From Lama guanicoe (lineage: Eukaryota), in NCBI GenBank assembly GCA_013239625.1, contig MU053629.1:1515567-1579566 (forward strand): a stretch of 64,000 bases of DNA, given 5' to 3'. Under the pieces are notes generated by a model, which saw only the letters and a program-made list of their open reading frames with translations, was not told the DNA's origin and searched no databases. A program made the position numbers and the translations under genes. This document shows positions 38,838 through 51,915 of this stretch, one piece after another (within the stretch, counting starts at the first letter, position 1; each line of letters starts with the position of its first letter).

Positions 38838-39945
38838 CTGTAAAAACAAACACATACAAGTAAACAATTTACTTATTTTAAAGAATCTCTATTCTTTCTG
38901 TAAATATTAATGTTGATTAATCTTGCTACTCTTTCCATCAATAACCTGACAGATGGGCCACATCATAGAAGGCTTTAAGTTTCTGATAGCAGAGGATGTT
39001 AACAAATGAATGGTTTTGTTATAAGAATGAAACCAACAAACAAGTCTCCTGAATCTTAATTTCAAGTAATTAAAACCACTTTAGGAGAGAGATGGAAAAT
39101 TAATTTGCTTTCTCCCCTTTAATGGTCATACTTACAGTATTACTTCAAATTTACTGATATAATAAACAGGTCTTAGACAATAATGTTTATGTATATGATT
39201 ATTTTTAATTTTTTGGAAGATTCAATAATTCACCAAATAGAAAATCTGGCAAATCACTAAAGAAAAAAAAGCAAATGGCCCACAACATATAAATTCAACC
39301 TCACTAAGGAAATACAACTTAAATGATACTATTTTCACTACTGAAAGAATTTTTTTAATTATCTTAATTGTAATAGCCAGTATTATTGAGGGATATGGGA
39401 AAGTGAGCATTCTCTCATTGCTGGTAGGACTGACCAAGGAAAGTAGAAAAAGATTTAGTCATTCATTGTTCTGTTTTTAATACTGAAAAAAACTGGAAGC
39501 CATGTATATACTCAACAACAGTAAATTGTTTTATACATTTTACTACAATCACATGAAAGAATACTCTGAGCCACTGAAAAGAAAAATGTAGAGCCATGTT
39601 TGTTTACACAGAAAGATATTCATTAAGACATCATTAGATAAAAACCAACAGGTTATAAAATAATATCTATGGTAATAGATAAGTCCGCTTTGGTTTTTAA
39701 AGACATTTATGTAGAAATATATGTACATATTTGTATAAATGTATCCATATTTAGATACTTATCTACCAAAATTGTAACAATGATTATAGCAACATTTGTA
39801 GAAACAGTTCATTAAAATTTTTTAAAAATTTCTGCTCATTTACATTTAAGCTTTTCTATAATAGGCTTGCATAACTGAAAAATAAATTTTTTTAAAAATT
39901 CAAGGAAAAAAGGCCAAAACTATCAAAAAATAATTTTTTACATAC

Positions 39946-40089
39946 CATTGTCTCCTCCTCCAAAAGACCACACAGTTCTCCCATCTTTAGATAAAGCAAT
40001 AGTATGTGAACTGCCACAGGAAACCTCTCCTACATTGCTAATGTCTTTTACTAATGTTGGAATATTACGGCTATTACTGTCACCGTGAC
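39946..40089 (-). CDS. HERC1: HERC1 exon 7 (RCC1 repeats)
   Basis: GHGDSNSRNIPTLVKDISNVGEVSCGSSHTIALSKDGRTVWSFGGGDN; canonical AG/GT; 144 nt. Confidence 0.97.
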
Positions 40090-40672
40090 CTAGGATAAAA
40101 CACATATAACAACAAAGAAATAATGTGAATTCTTTTTCTTCAGGCCATTACTTCACAAGAATAAACATTACAAGTTAATAACAAAGTTTAAAGTGCAATT
40201 AAATACAAAAGCAAAATAATTTCTAATATCTTTTATCCAAGAATAATTTCTAATATTTTCTTATCAAGTTGGTTGCTCCAACTTGAGGTACCCAGTCCCT
40301 TCAATGATCAGTAGAACCTTCTTACTTATGCTGCTCTCAAAGCACTTACACAATGCTCTCTACTATCATGTGAATGTTGACTTGTTTTCACTACCTCCTA
40401 GATCATACACTTCAAGGTCATGCTGGTATTTTTGTTTACCCTGAAATCCTACAGTGCCTGCTCAAGGCAGTACATATTTTCTAGATTTAATTACATCTTA
40501 ATGTTCAGCACCAGAAGCTAAGTATTCTCTATATAAAATTATCTTCCTCTGAGCATAAAACTAGCAAAATAAATGACAGTCTTTGACCTGTTAAATCTAA
40601 TCTCACTGCTTCTCAGTAACCATCATCATTTATTTCCCTGTGACAATAACTTCAATTTTTAAAAAATCTTAC

Positions 40673-40769
40673 CTAATCTTCCAAAGTCTCCTTCACCCCA
40701 CGTGTATAATTCACCGTCCTCCGTGACAGCAGCACTATGTCTGTATCCAGCTGACACACAAACAACTAC
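40673..40769 (-). CDS. HERC1: HERC1 exon 6 (RCC1 repeats)
   Basis: [32 protein letters not shown]; tgcAG| acceptor, G|GTAAGA donor; 97 nt. Confidence 0.97.
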
Positions 40770-42590
40770 CTGCATTGCACACAAAGCGAATCTGATGAAC
40801 ACAAAGATGCTAAAACACACAATCTACATTTGATCCTATATGCAGAGACTTGAGATACTGATATTCACAACTCATTCAGGAAGTGCCATGTACAGTGTGG
40901 AGGCTGGCTAAAGGGTCAAGAAAGTGCTGAAATATATAGCCTGTGCTCATGGCTAGAAGCCAGGAACTCTGGCTTCTACCCAGAGGAAAGGACAACTTTC
41001 CTTAATTCACAAAAAGGCACTGTAAAGGTTGGCGGTCCCCTCACCCCCAAATACATCAATCTAGTCACTTGCAACAATATTATACCACCAATCAAGTCTT
41101 TACTCAAAGAGTTGGAGGGGGCCGAACATTCACGGATTAATGAAAAAATTTTAAATATAATGTTAAAACAAAACCTCCAGTCCTGGCTAATTGAGAAAAA
41201 CTCATGACATAATAGGGATAACTCTCAAAAACACACTGATTAATACCAATGCAGAAAGATCTAAGCAGTAACATAAGCTTATATTGATAAAACTCCTGAC
41301 AGGATCTCTTTATCTTCAAACAGCTACACAGTTGACCAGCAGAATCAGGGAAATAAGAGTATACAGCAGCATAATTTGGGGATCACTTAAAACCTTTCAA
41401 CACTGATCAAAATCACTAACTACTGAAAAAAAGACAAATAGAAAAATATCTACACTAGTAACTAAACATATTTTAAACTCCAAAAATTAGAATTCACTTT
41501 AGAAAATTCAAAATTCAGATTCAAAATACTAAGCACCTAATACATTCTAGATAATACACTAAGAACTTCTGAAAATTTCATCTGTAAATTATTAATTTAC
41601 TTTTTGGGACTTTTTCCTTCATGATGCTCATACTAAGTTATTTGTAGCTGGCAATGTTTCCATTATAAAATAGAACATTAAAATGAATATTAGTGAAGAA
41701 AATGGAAAACAATGAGAATTAAGAAAGAAGGTGCTAGAAAAACTAAAAAAATACAACTTCCAAGAGTATTTATCTGAAGATCTGAAGTTCCTTAGAGCTG
41801 CATATTCAATTTATCAAGCTGAGTAAGCCCCATATTCATCTTATCAAGTAACCCCTGATATTAAGTGCAATGTTCCAAGGCTCATTTGCTTTGAGGTTGA
41901 TGTCTAAGCTCAATACTGCAAGTTACAATAAAGCAAAATTCATTTGATAGCCAAATTTGTCAGACAAAGGAAGAGTGTCCCACTTGTAATTCTGGTATAA
42001 CATTAAAATTTAAACTTTAAAAGATTTTTATATAAGAAAACTTTAATGGAAAGAATGCAATCTTAAGATGGAGGAACCCACAAAATTGCATATAACTTTA
42101 AGTTAGGAAAATGGCTTCATTTCTTTAAAGAAAGGTAAAATAGAAATGAAAAGAGGAGATCTAGGCTCAGTTTCTAATGGTGCCAATTATTTATGTGTGA
42201 CCTTGGGCAAGTTTTGACCACTCTAAATGCTTCATTTAAGTTTCTGTTAAAATGCTACCTACTACAAGAGAACCCTCTGACCTCATTATTTAATATCACA
42301 CTCCACCCAAGTCAGTGTCTCTTACATTACTTGTTTTTCTTTACTATTGTTTGAAATTATTTTACATGCTTGTTTACTCATTTATTACCTCTATCCCACA
42401 GATTAAAGCTCCATGAGAGAAAGGATCTTGTCTGTTTTGTTCACTGTTGTATGTCTAGTGCCTAAAACACTGCCTGGCACTTGGAAGGTGCTAAACAAAT
42501 ATTTGTTAAGTGTCTGAGTCTCAGTTTTCTTATCTGCAAAAAGACAGTAATAGCTACCCTTACAAGGCTGTTATAAGGATTAAAATTAAA

Positions 42591-42731
42591 GGGGGGAGGG
42601 TCTAGCTCAAGTGATAGAGTGCATGCTTAGCATACACGAGGTCCTAGGTTCAATTCCCAGTACCTCCTCTAAAAACAAACAAACAAGCAAATCAATAAAT
42701 AAACCTAATTACCTCATCCCCCTCCTAAAAA
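42591..42731 (+). mobile_element. tRNA-derived camelid SINE (vic-1 type), inserted into a MIR
   Basis: GGGGAGGGTCTAGCTCAAGTGATAGAG A-box, GGTTCAATTCC B-box, AT-rich tail; perfect 16-bp target duplication aaggattaaaattaaa (42575-42590 and 42732-42747). Confidence 0.9.
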
Positions 42732-42923
42732 AAGGATTAAAATTAAATAATGTATGTGAAAGTGTTCTGTAAACCATCAAGCAGATACCCAAAAGATGAG
42801 CCAAAGGGTTAGGAGGGGCAGGCTACTTCAGAAAGAGTACATCAAAATCTGAAAGATATTAATTATAGCAATTACAGCAACAGTGCATCTAATTATTTTT
42901 AAATCCAAAAAGAAAGCACATAC

Positions 42924-43235
42924 CTTTCCCTGCAGAGGGCCTTGAATAAGCTTGGGATATTTCTGTGTTGAACTATTTCCATGTCCCAGTTTCCCATAAT
43001 CACCATCTCCCCAGCTGAAGACTTCTCCTTCTGTCGTGAAAGCTAAAGTATGGCCATCAGATCCTTTAGAAGATGAGACCTTTTTAATGGACCTGTGAGG
43101 CTCAAACGTTAACTTTTTTAAAGTAGACTGATTGTTAGAATCTCCAAGGCCCAGTCTCCCATAGCTGCCTTTACCACAAGCTCTGACAGAGCCATCCGTA
43201 GAAATGACAAAAGTGCAGTATTGTCCAGCTTCAAT
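42924..43235 (-). CDS. HERC1: HERC1 exon 5 (RCC1 repeats)
   Basis: IEAGQYCTFVISTDGSVRACGKGSYGRLGLGD...GEVFSWGDGDYGKLGHG...PLQGK; AAG|GTATGT donor; 312 nt. Confidence 0.97.
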
Positions 43236-44126
43236 CTATAAGCAAACAAACAGAATCACAAATATAAAATGCTTTTATGAGAATCAAAGTATAATATTTA
43301 AGGCTAATTTTATCAACGGGACTCAAAGGAAATCTTTTAAAGCAGAATATGAACCTCCATAGAGATGAAGGAGTAAACAGAAAACTAAGAAAACTATTAA
43401 TGGCCTGCTTATGTTGATTTTACTGCTGAACTCAAATTAATGCATATTTTATCTTTTCAAGTTATCTATCTAGTCATAGTTCAATAAGACAACATAGTTC
43501 AAAGCAAAATATTTCAGTATCCTCTACACAACTTGTAAATGGCAACAAAACTTTTCCTATAATTTGGTAGGGTCCATTATAGCAAGAGCCATGTAATATA
43601 TATTCTAAACTCATTTAAGAAAAACTTACATTTTAATGAAAATAATAAAATGGAAAATTTGAGGTTGCCTAAAAGGTAGCAATTAATGTAAAAAAGTGAC
43701 CATAATAAGAAAATGAAATGCCAATCTGGCAAAGGGAAAATTCTAATTTGTATTTAGTCGTATTCATCATTTGTGTTGAATATAATGGTTAAGTCTGTTG
43801 TCATTCATAATTCTTTTAAAATTCCACATCCAAATTTAATTTTTGGAAACTTGGAAACACTGTATGGAAATGGAGGATTAAAAATATTTTTTCTATGAAA
43901 ATGAAAAAAACTGATGCAGCTGGTATAGCAACAATACAGATAAGAAACAAGCAAGAACATTCACTCATTAAAAAGTTATCAGCTATCTTGATTGCGGTGG
44001 TGGCTTCATAGGTGTATATATAGCTCAAAAAATTTAAAAATAAATTTTTTCTAAAAAAAACACTCTTAAGGTTATTCAAAGGAAATCTTGTCATCTATCA
44101 ATTTGTAAAGTATGCAGAAAACTCAC

Positions 44127-44321
44127 AGTCTGAGCATCAGAGAAACTAGGAGCCAGTTTGGGTTGTAATATTTTCTCCTGTGTGCCTTCTACCAACTGAT
44201 GGCTGCTGTTGCTCCCCCAAACATAAACCTCACAGGTCTCTGAGACAATGGGGGCATCACCAGTCTGAATGCTATCTGGACTAGCACATGTTCTTGAGTA
44301 ATCAGAAGCCATTCTGCAAAC
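44127..44321 (-). CDS. HERC1: HERC1 exon 4 (start of RCC1-like domain 1)
   Basis: VCRMASDY...EVYVWGSNSSHQL...SDAQT; aatAG| acceptor, ACT|GTGAGT donor; 195 nt. Confidence 0.97.
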
Positions 44322-45918
44322 CTATTAAAATAAGAAATACGAACAAGACATTTTTAGTGCATATATTTTTATAAATATTCTCTGAAATGATTGTTGACTT
44401 TCCTTCTAAAACTCTCAATTGTTCAAATAACCTAAGAACAACACATCTAATCTTAAACAAAAATGGCTAGACTATTTGTTCATACAGAATAAAACACTAA
44501 AAAATACTTTAAAAGTGGCAAAAATGGGGAGAGGAGACAATTCTTTTTCAACTAAACATTTTATTAATGCATATAACAACATTATAGAAAAACAAAGCTT
44601 AAAAAACAAAGCAGAAAAAAAAAAACCACCTTTGAAATCCCATCACCTTAATATAATAAATGTTATGTTTTTTTTACATGTCCTTCCAGAGTTTTGTATA
44701 TACATGTTCTTTAACACAGTTATCACAGTGGATTTATAAAAGTGATGATACAAAAGAGCTATGCAAAATTTTCTCTATGTCTACCTAATCTTCATGATTG
44801 AACCCATTAATATTCCATCTAATGTAAAAATCATTATTTACTTAATCGTTTTCCTTTAAGAGGACATTTAGATTCTTTCTACTTATTTGTTATATAAGCC
44901 ATTTTTAGGAATATACTTTTTACTACATTTTTAATTATTTTCCTTAGGGAAGAGCCTCAGAAATGGGACTACTATATCCAAAAAAATAACAACAATCTTA
45001 TGATTCTTGAAACATATTATACTAGATCATTTTCAAAACTGGTATTACAATATTATTTTATTATCAGCAATATGCAAAATGAGGGCTGTCCTAAAAAAAT
45101 AAAAGTCCAGAGCAACTCAACACCTACACACACACATATATATATATATAGATTATAGCTATATAAAAAATAATGGCTTATTTACCATTTGTGTTGAATG
45201 TAATGGTAAAGTCTACTGTCACTCATAATGCTTTATAAAAACCCAGGCTTCTCCCCTCCCACCTCCTCTAAACCCTGCCTAAAGCACAGGACCCAGGGGT
45301 TGTTATTACAGTTGCCCTAATCAATGAACAGGTCTATGTGAGAGTACCAGTCTCACTGCAACCATACCAATAATAAGTATTATGCTTCAAATTTGTTTTG
45401 CAAACTTAAGTGGGGGGCGGGGAATGTAGTCTTTTAACTTCACACTTTCTTATTAATACCAGAACTAAAGTTTCTCCATCTATTTTCCTATCACTTACTT
45501 CCGCTCATTTATTTATTAGAACTTAATGAATTTTTAATTGACTTGTATGAATCCCATACAGTGTAAGGTATTACCTCTGACTACAGCTGCTGTCAATTTG
45601 TTGCCCTCCTTTTAGCTTTTTTTTTTCCGAATCAAGCAAAACAATAAAAGAAGAATCTTCAAAAGTGAATATATTATATTATCAGATCATTAAATGGGAA
45701 GGGATAGAGTAATTTTAGTCAGAATCTTTAAATAGTACCCCAAACAACACAATATGTGTGTCAGACAAATACTTTCCAATGAATATGAGGACAGCCTTGA
45801 GGACATAGAAAATATGTGTAAATAAAGGCTGCCTAGTGAAAGATCTGAAATTCTGCTGCCGACAAAAGGGGAATGATGGGACCAAGCAAGGTAGTATTTT
45901 TTATCTAAAGCTTTGTTA

Positions 45919-46392
45919 CAGTAGCCCCCCTCCCTCTTATCTACGGTTTCACTTTTTGCTGTTTCAGTTACCAGCAGTCAACTGCTGTTCAAAAATATTA
46001 AATAGAAAATTGCAGAAATAAACAATTCGTAAGTTTTAAACTGCATACTGTTCTAAATATCATCCCTTTGTCCAGTATAGCCACACTGCATACACTACTC
46101 AACCATTAGTCACTTCATAGCTATCTCAGTTATCAGCTTGACTGCTGCAGTATCTCAGTGCTTATGTTCAAGTAACCCTTATTTTACTTAATAATTGCCC
46201 CAAAGTGCAAGGGTAGTGATGCTGGCAATTTGGATATTCTCTTCCTGAGCCTAATTTATAAATTAAACTTTATCACAGGTATGTATGTACAGGAAATAAC
46301 ATGATATATATAGGGTCTGGTACTATCCACGGTCTCAGGCATCCACTGAGGGTCTTGGAATGTAACCTCCGAAGATAAGGGGGGAACTACTG
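45919..46392 (+). mobile_element. MER44/Tigger7-type Tc1-mariner non-autonomous element
   Basis: TA|CAGTAGCCCCCC...GATAAGGGGGGAACTACTG|TA: terminal inverted repeats with TA target duplication. Confidence 0.88.
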
Positions 46393-46479
46393 TACTATAA
46401 TAAGGCTTAAAAAATCATAGCCCACCTTCCCCGACTCCTACAAGAAAAAAAAAAAAGAGAATGAGAAGAGAGGCCAAAA

Positions 46480-49400
46480 AAACCTACTCACAGGGCTTAG
46501 AAATGTGTTTTTTAAAAACAACTGGGGGGTGGGTAGAATTCTGGGAAGGTAACAATAGTAGCAGTAACATAGTTTTCTAAACACTGTGAATCATTACACA
46601 GAGCAAATAGAAAGCAAAACTCCAAACTCATGCTTAACATTTACAACAAAACTAGGCGACAAACGTAGCTCCAATAACTTAAAGATATAAGCAGGTGTGG
46701 AAAAACCCCTACCAAACACAGAATCTTCATGGTAATAACATTTGTTCAGGAGGAAGCCAAAGAATGTCTGACAGATCTCAGACCAAGAAAAACCAAAACA
46801 ACCAATCAGGTACTCACCAGAAAGAAGAGTGAGCCAATCTAAGAACACTAGTTGCAACTGGGAAGAGCTTTGCCCTTTCTGATAGCAGGTAGCCACAAAG
46901 GGTCCATGATGAGAAGTTTGAAAGAATCTAGAGCAATCAAGCTCTTGTGAGCTCTTGAAACTGACAAGCCAGTACTACGTTCCAGGGCAGAGCCCTCACA
47001 CTGAAGAGAAACTTACTGGGAGTAGAATAAAAATTGAGCAGAATGGGGACAACAGAGAGGAAAGACAGAAGGTCAAGATAAAAGCTTGGGAGGGGAATAT
47101 GCTGAAAACCACCATATATTTTTTTTAACATTACGCAAAAACAAAAGAGCAAGGGAGTGTATGGATTTAGAAAAGCTATCTTGAATCTCATTCCATTCTA
47201 AAAGTTCAGGAAAATAAATTTATCATAAAAATAAGAAACAGAAAAGTATCAAGGTCAAATGTCATACTAAGTTATCATTAGGGGGAAAAAAAAAGGGAAA
47301 AGAGGCAGAATAACATCCCTGTAAGAAAAGCATGCCAGAAGGAAACTGCCCACAAAACAGATCTGTAATCTATTTCAAAGCAAGCTAAAGGGTTTAAGAA
47401 AATGAAACAAGATATGTTTCAGACAGGCAAATCTGAAATGGAAACACTCAAAAATGAGGTGACAGACTCAAGAAAGAATTAGAAATAAAAGGAAAAAGAT
47501 CATTTCAGAAATGAAGACTAAAGTAGAAGGAATCCAAGAGTAAATAAATACAATAGATAATACCTTAAGAGCAGTAGAAGATAAAAAGGAAAAAATTGTT
47601 AAGAAATGAAAAAGTTTAAGAGTACTCAAGAAAAAGTGACAACTACTAAAGTTACGCAAAGATCCAACATACAGACAATAAGGGTCCTAGAAGAGAACCA
47701 AATATGAAGAGAAAAATTAATACTAAGAACAATAATTTAGGGAAAGCTCCCTGAAATAAAAAAGATTTGAAACTATATACTGAAATCCTCACATCTCTGA
47801 CAATATTGACCCAGAATGCATAAAATCATGTATTCTAGCAAAATTACTGATCTTTAAAGAAAAGAGATCCTTTGGATTTCTCAGCAAAACAAGCACATGA
47901 CCATAAATAAGAAAGAAAATCAGATTAACCTCCGACTTTGGAAGCAAAGGCTTATGCCAGAAGAAAACAGATGAATATATTTAAGAAATATAAGACAAGA
48001 AAATGTGAGCCAAAGATTTTACATTCTCAAAACAGACTTTCAAGTATAAAGAGCACAGCAATTAAGAGGTAAGAACTAAGAGAATCTTATTTACGAGTCT
48101 TTATTGTGGAATCTACTAGAGAATGAGCTTCAGACAACCAAAAAGAATAGAGGAACACTGGCAGAGAAATTGGAAGTAAGCATTAAATATGCAGTTATTT
48201 GTATAATAATACTAAATGAGGGTAAAAAGCAGAGAGTATCTACGCTCTAAGAATGTAGATATAATACAACTACAAAAATGGGGAAAGCATATGTAAAAAG
48301 TTGATATTTTCTGTAATCATACAGTGATACCTATTTGTCTTATTTTAGGATTGTTGTGTGTGTGTGTGTGCATGCGTGCCCACAATATGTGATTAAAACA
48401 ATAGATAATTATGGGATACTCTAATTCTATATCCCTGTATCCTTGAGAATCAGCATTCTTAATTTGGAAGAAAGGAGATATAAATGCAGTACAGAAAACG
48501 TTACGTAAAAATTCTATAGCCCTGAACTTGAAAGTATTAGTATCAACTCATGAGGTATGTTAGTTTTATGTACACACACACTTCTTAGCTCTATCCACTG
48601 TAAGAGCCTAGAAAAATAATATCGACCCAGTAGCAATGAGTACCTGTACCCTGACTGGGGTCCTGAAATACTATTTTCCACTAAAAGAAACCAGGGCTTA
48701 TAGGGAAATAGCAAGCTGACCCCAGATTCAGATCAAGAAATTTACCATATGAGTCTGGAACAATTTGGTGTGTCAGGTAACAAGAAAGCTATCAAAGATT
48801 ATTAGGTCTATGTCAAAATAACTTGGGAACCACTCTGAAGAGACTACTACCCTGAAAGACTTGTTGACCAAAGATAAAACAAAATGAGCCTCACTACAGA
48901 TAATAATTCAATGGATTGAAACTTGAATAGGTTTAAATCTATGAGTTCATAACAATACTTTTCAAATGGAATCAACTGGTTCAGTTTGAAGGATGACAGG
49001 AGACCAATTCATTAAACTGAAAACTAGTAAATAAAAATCAGTAATGAAATTTTTTTAAAAATTGGGCAGGGAGAACAAGCATTTATTCTGCTTTTTTTAT
49101 AAGAATTGTGGCAAAGTAACCAAACAGTCGGTAAGGGAATCATCTCTTTATAAAAACACTGCAATTAATAAATGAAAGAGGAATGATATAATTAGAATAT
49201 CATCATTTTGCAACCAACCACCAATGAATTAATAGATCTGGTCATTAAGAATAAAGGGCTGCTAATACTACAACAAGAGAGACAACCACATGGAAGCTCA
49301 CGGCACCATGTATAATATTGCCAAAGGGATCAAATCTGAAACTGATCAAGTCTCTGGATCCACCTGCCAATATGTGGGAAATAACATAGAACACACTGAA

Positions 49401-49830
49401 TGATATTATGAGTAATCAATCAACAAAATCCAGATGGTGGGAAATTCTGCAGCCCAAAAGTCCCAGGTTCCTGAACAAATACACTGAAGGAAAAGAAAAA
49501 AAGGTAGGGGAAACCTACAGATTAAGAAATTTAAAAGATATATTTTTAAACGGGCAAGACTGAACTATAGTGTCTAGGGATATACACCTAGGTGACGTAA
49601 CTATAAAGAAATGCAAGAAAGTGACTACTCTGAAAGTCAGGATAGTGGTTACTTAGGGAAGGAGAGGGACAGTGATCAGGACATGAAAGGACTTCTAGAG
49701 TTACTAGTAAAGTTTTATCTCTTTCATGGACACAGATTAAAAGGGTACTTGTTTTATAGTAATTCATTAAGCCGTATGTTTGTGTGTCTTTCTCTATCTG
49801 TTTTATTTAATAATACATTTTAATTAACAT
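46480..49830 (+). mobile_element. Old, degraded L1M element (ORF1-like region and 3' UTR pieces)
   Basis: A-rich ORF1-like remnants and L1MC/ME-like 3' end (aaactataaagaaatgcaagaaagtgactac); boundaries approximate. Confidence 0.55.
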
Positions 49831-50066
49831 ATGCAAATGGTACAAAGTTGAAAATGAATAAAAAGGTATACACTGAAAAGTATGCCTCCTTCCCACCCTT
49901 GATGCGAGACACTCCAGCTCCACTTTCTAGAGGTAACCAACTACTGATGCCACTTTCTTTTGCATCCTTTCCAGAGATTAAATGGGTTATTTTTAAGGGA
50001 TAAATACATACTAGAGCACATTAAGACAAAGAAATTTTTAATGTAAAAGCCGTGATTATTACATAC

Positions 50067-50162
50067 CTCTTCAAAGAGACATAAAGCTGCCTCATAGAGA
50101 GAGCACAAGCCATCGGATGTTCTGGTTGGTTCCCTCCACTGACTCCGATCAGCAGATGAACC
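50067..50162 (-). CDS. HERC1: HERC1 exon 3
   Basis: GSSADRSQWREPTRTSDGLCSLYEAALCLFEE; tatAG| acceptor, GAG|GTATGT donor; 96 nt, phase 0-0. Confidence 0.96.
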
Positions 50163-51215
50163 CTATAATTAAGACATCGTGGGATACAGTTTGGGAAGAA
50201 GAGAGACATATGTATTAAAAATCACTTAAAGGGTCCACAAAAAGCCGAGGAACTGTTTATATGATTATGTTTATTAAGATCAAATCCTAACATTAGGTCA
50301 TGGAACCAACTTTACATGTGTGTGTTATAAAAGACATAGCTATAGAGAAAAACAGTAAATAAAATACGAATCCACTAATTATCTTATTAAATAGTGCTCT
50401 GTTCTAAGGGCCACAAGATTTGTCTCAGAAACAGTCAAGGAGGTGAAATTTTGCCAATTACACACTCTTTGGGTGGCCCAACCCCAGTAAATGGGGTCCC
50501 AGCAAATATTCTACTCTCCTGGGGCTGCCTTGCCCAACTGCTCCCAAGAATACAGGCAAGTAGAACACCAGCAGCTTAAGTGATGACCCTGCACAGAGCA
50601 GTAGAAAGTCTGTTCCTCCCTTCTTAGTTTAGCACAACAAAGGTCCTCACAAGTCAGTTCATGTAGCTACCTGACTACATTAGTGACAAAATACCTTTTT
50701 CCCAGTACAACTGAGGAATCATAGCACCTCTCTGGAACTAAATGTCTACTCTCCACAATAGGGTCCAATGGCTATGACCAGAAGTCATGGAAAACTATTA
50801 AACAGAGAGTGAACTTGATCTCCATTGATCCCTGAAATTCCCGTATTCTTAAATCTTTACATCACAAATGTCAAGTTTTCTCTTATTTATTAATCCTGTA
50901 ATTGTGAAATTTCATTGATGGCTCTGTTTCAAAGGACATTATATTGTAAAAATATTTATACTTCTAGATAATCACCTGGCCAGTACACCATAGAAAAGTA
51001 TATCCTCTACTGTGGAAGGGAGGTTGACCTAGAGGCCCTGTAAGATCCCATCCAACTCTAAGATTATATGATTTTTATCAATTCAAACTACTTTAATTAA
51101 TTAATGTAATTCCTAAGTGATGAAAGAAATTAATATGTTGATTATTTAATTTACTGCTGCTTCATCAGGTGCTGAGCTACTGCTGCCAAATCAATTTTTT
51201 TCTGTAATTGCTTAA

Positions 51216-51382
51216 GGTGGTACTTCTTGAATTTTAATGTGTATATGAATTATCTGGAAATCTTGTTAAAATGCAGATTCCAATTTAGTAAATATAGGTG
51301 GGGGCCTGAGATTCTGGATTTCTAACAAGCTCCCAGGTGATGCCAATGCTGCTGTCTGAGGCTCACACTTCGAATAGTAAGG
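51216..51382. mobile_element. MER5B-like hAT MITE
   Basis: cttgttaaaatgcagattcc...ggggcctgagattctggatttctaacaagctcccaggtgatgccaatgctgct. Confidence 0.8.
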
Positions 51383-51689
51383 CTTTGGAGAGCTACTTGC
51401 AGGTCTCAGAGTCATCAGAAGATGAGTGTTCAAAACTGTCTAGTCCCTAGACACACAAAACGTGGCTATACCAGCAAATACTTTGAAGCACAGCCTCTCC
51501 AAATTCCATAATCAGCTGTGTAGCACTTCTGGGAAAAACACAATTAACATCTGTGGCTCCATTATTTAAAGGCCACCTCTAGGGATCACCAAACAAAAAC
51601 AGACAAGAAATAACAGCTTGCTATTCCTTCCTAGGAGCTGGTACCAGGGCCACCATGACTCTTTTTTTTTTTATGCCTTTCTACAGTAG

Positions 51690-51915
51690 GAAGGAAAATG
51701 CTGAAAATAGCACAAGGTTTTCAGTGACAAACAGAGCTGAGTTTAAATCCATGCTCTATCACTGGCAATGTGCCTTAAGGATAAGTTTCCTCATTCCAAT
51801 GCCTCTGTTATTTAGGACTATTGGGAAGAATAATTGAAGTCATGCATAAAATATGCTTAGCATAGTTCTTAACACATAGTAAGAACTTAAAACTGGTAGC
51901 AGTAATTGTTATTAT
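51690..51915 (+). mobile_element. MIR SINE
   Basis: gagtttaaatccatgctctatcactggcaatgtgccttaaggataagtt...gcttagcatagttcttaacacatagtaag; approximate. Confidence 0.7.
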
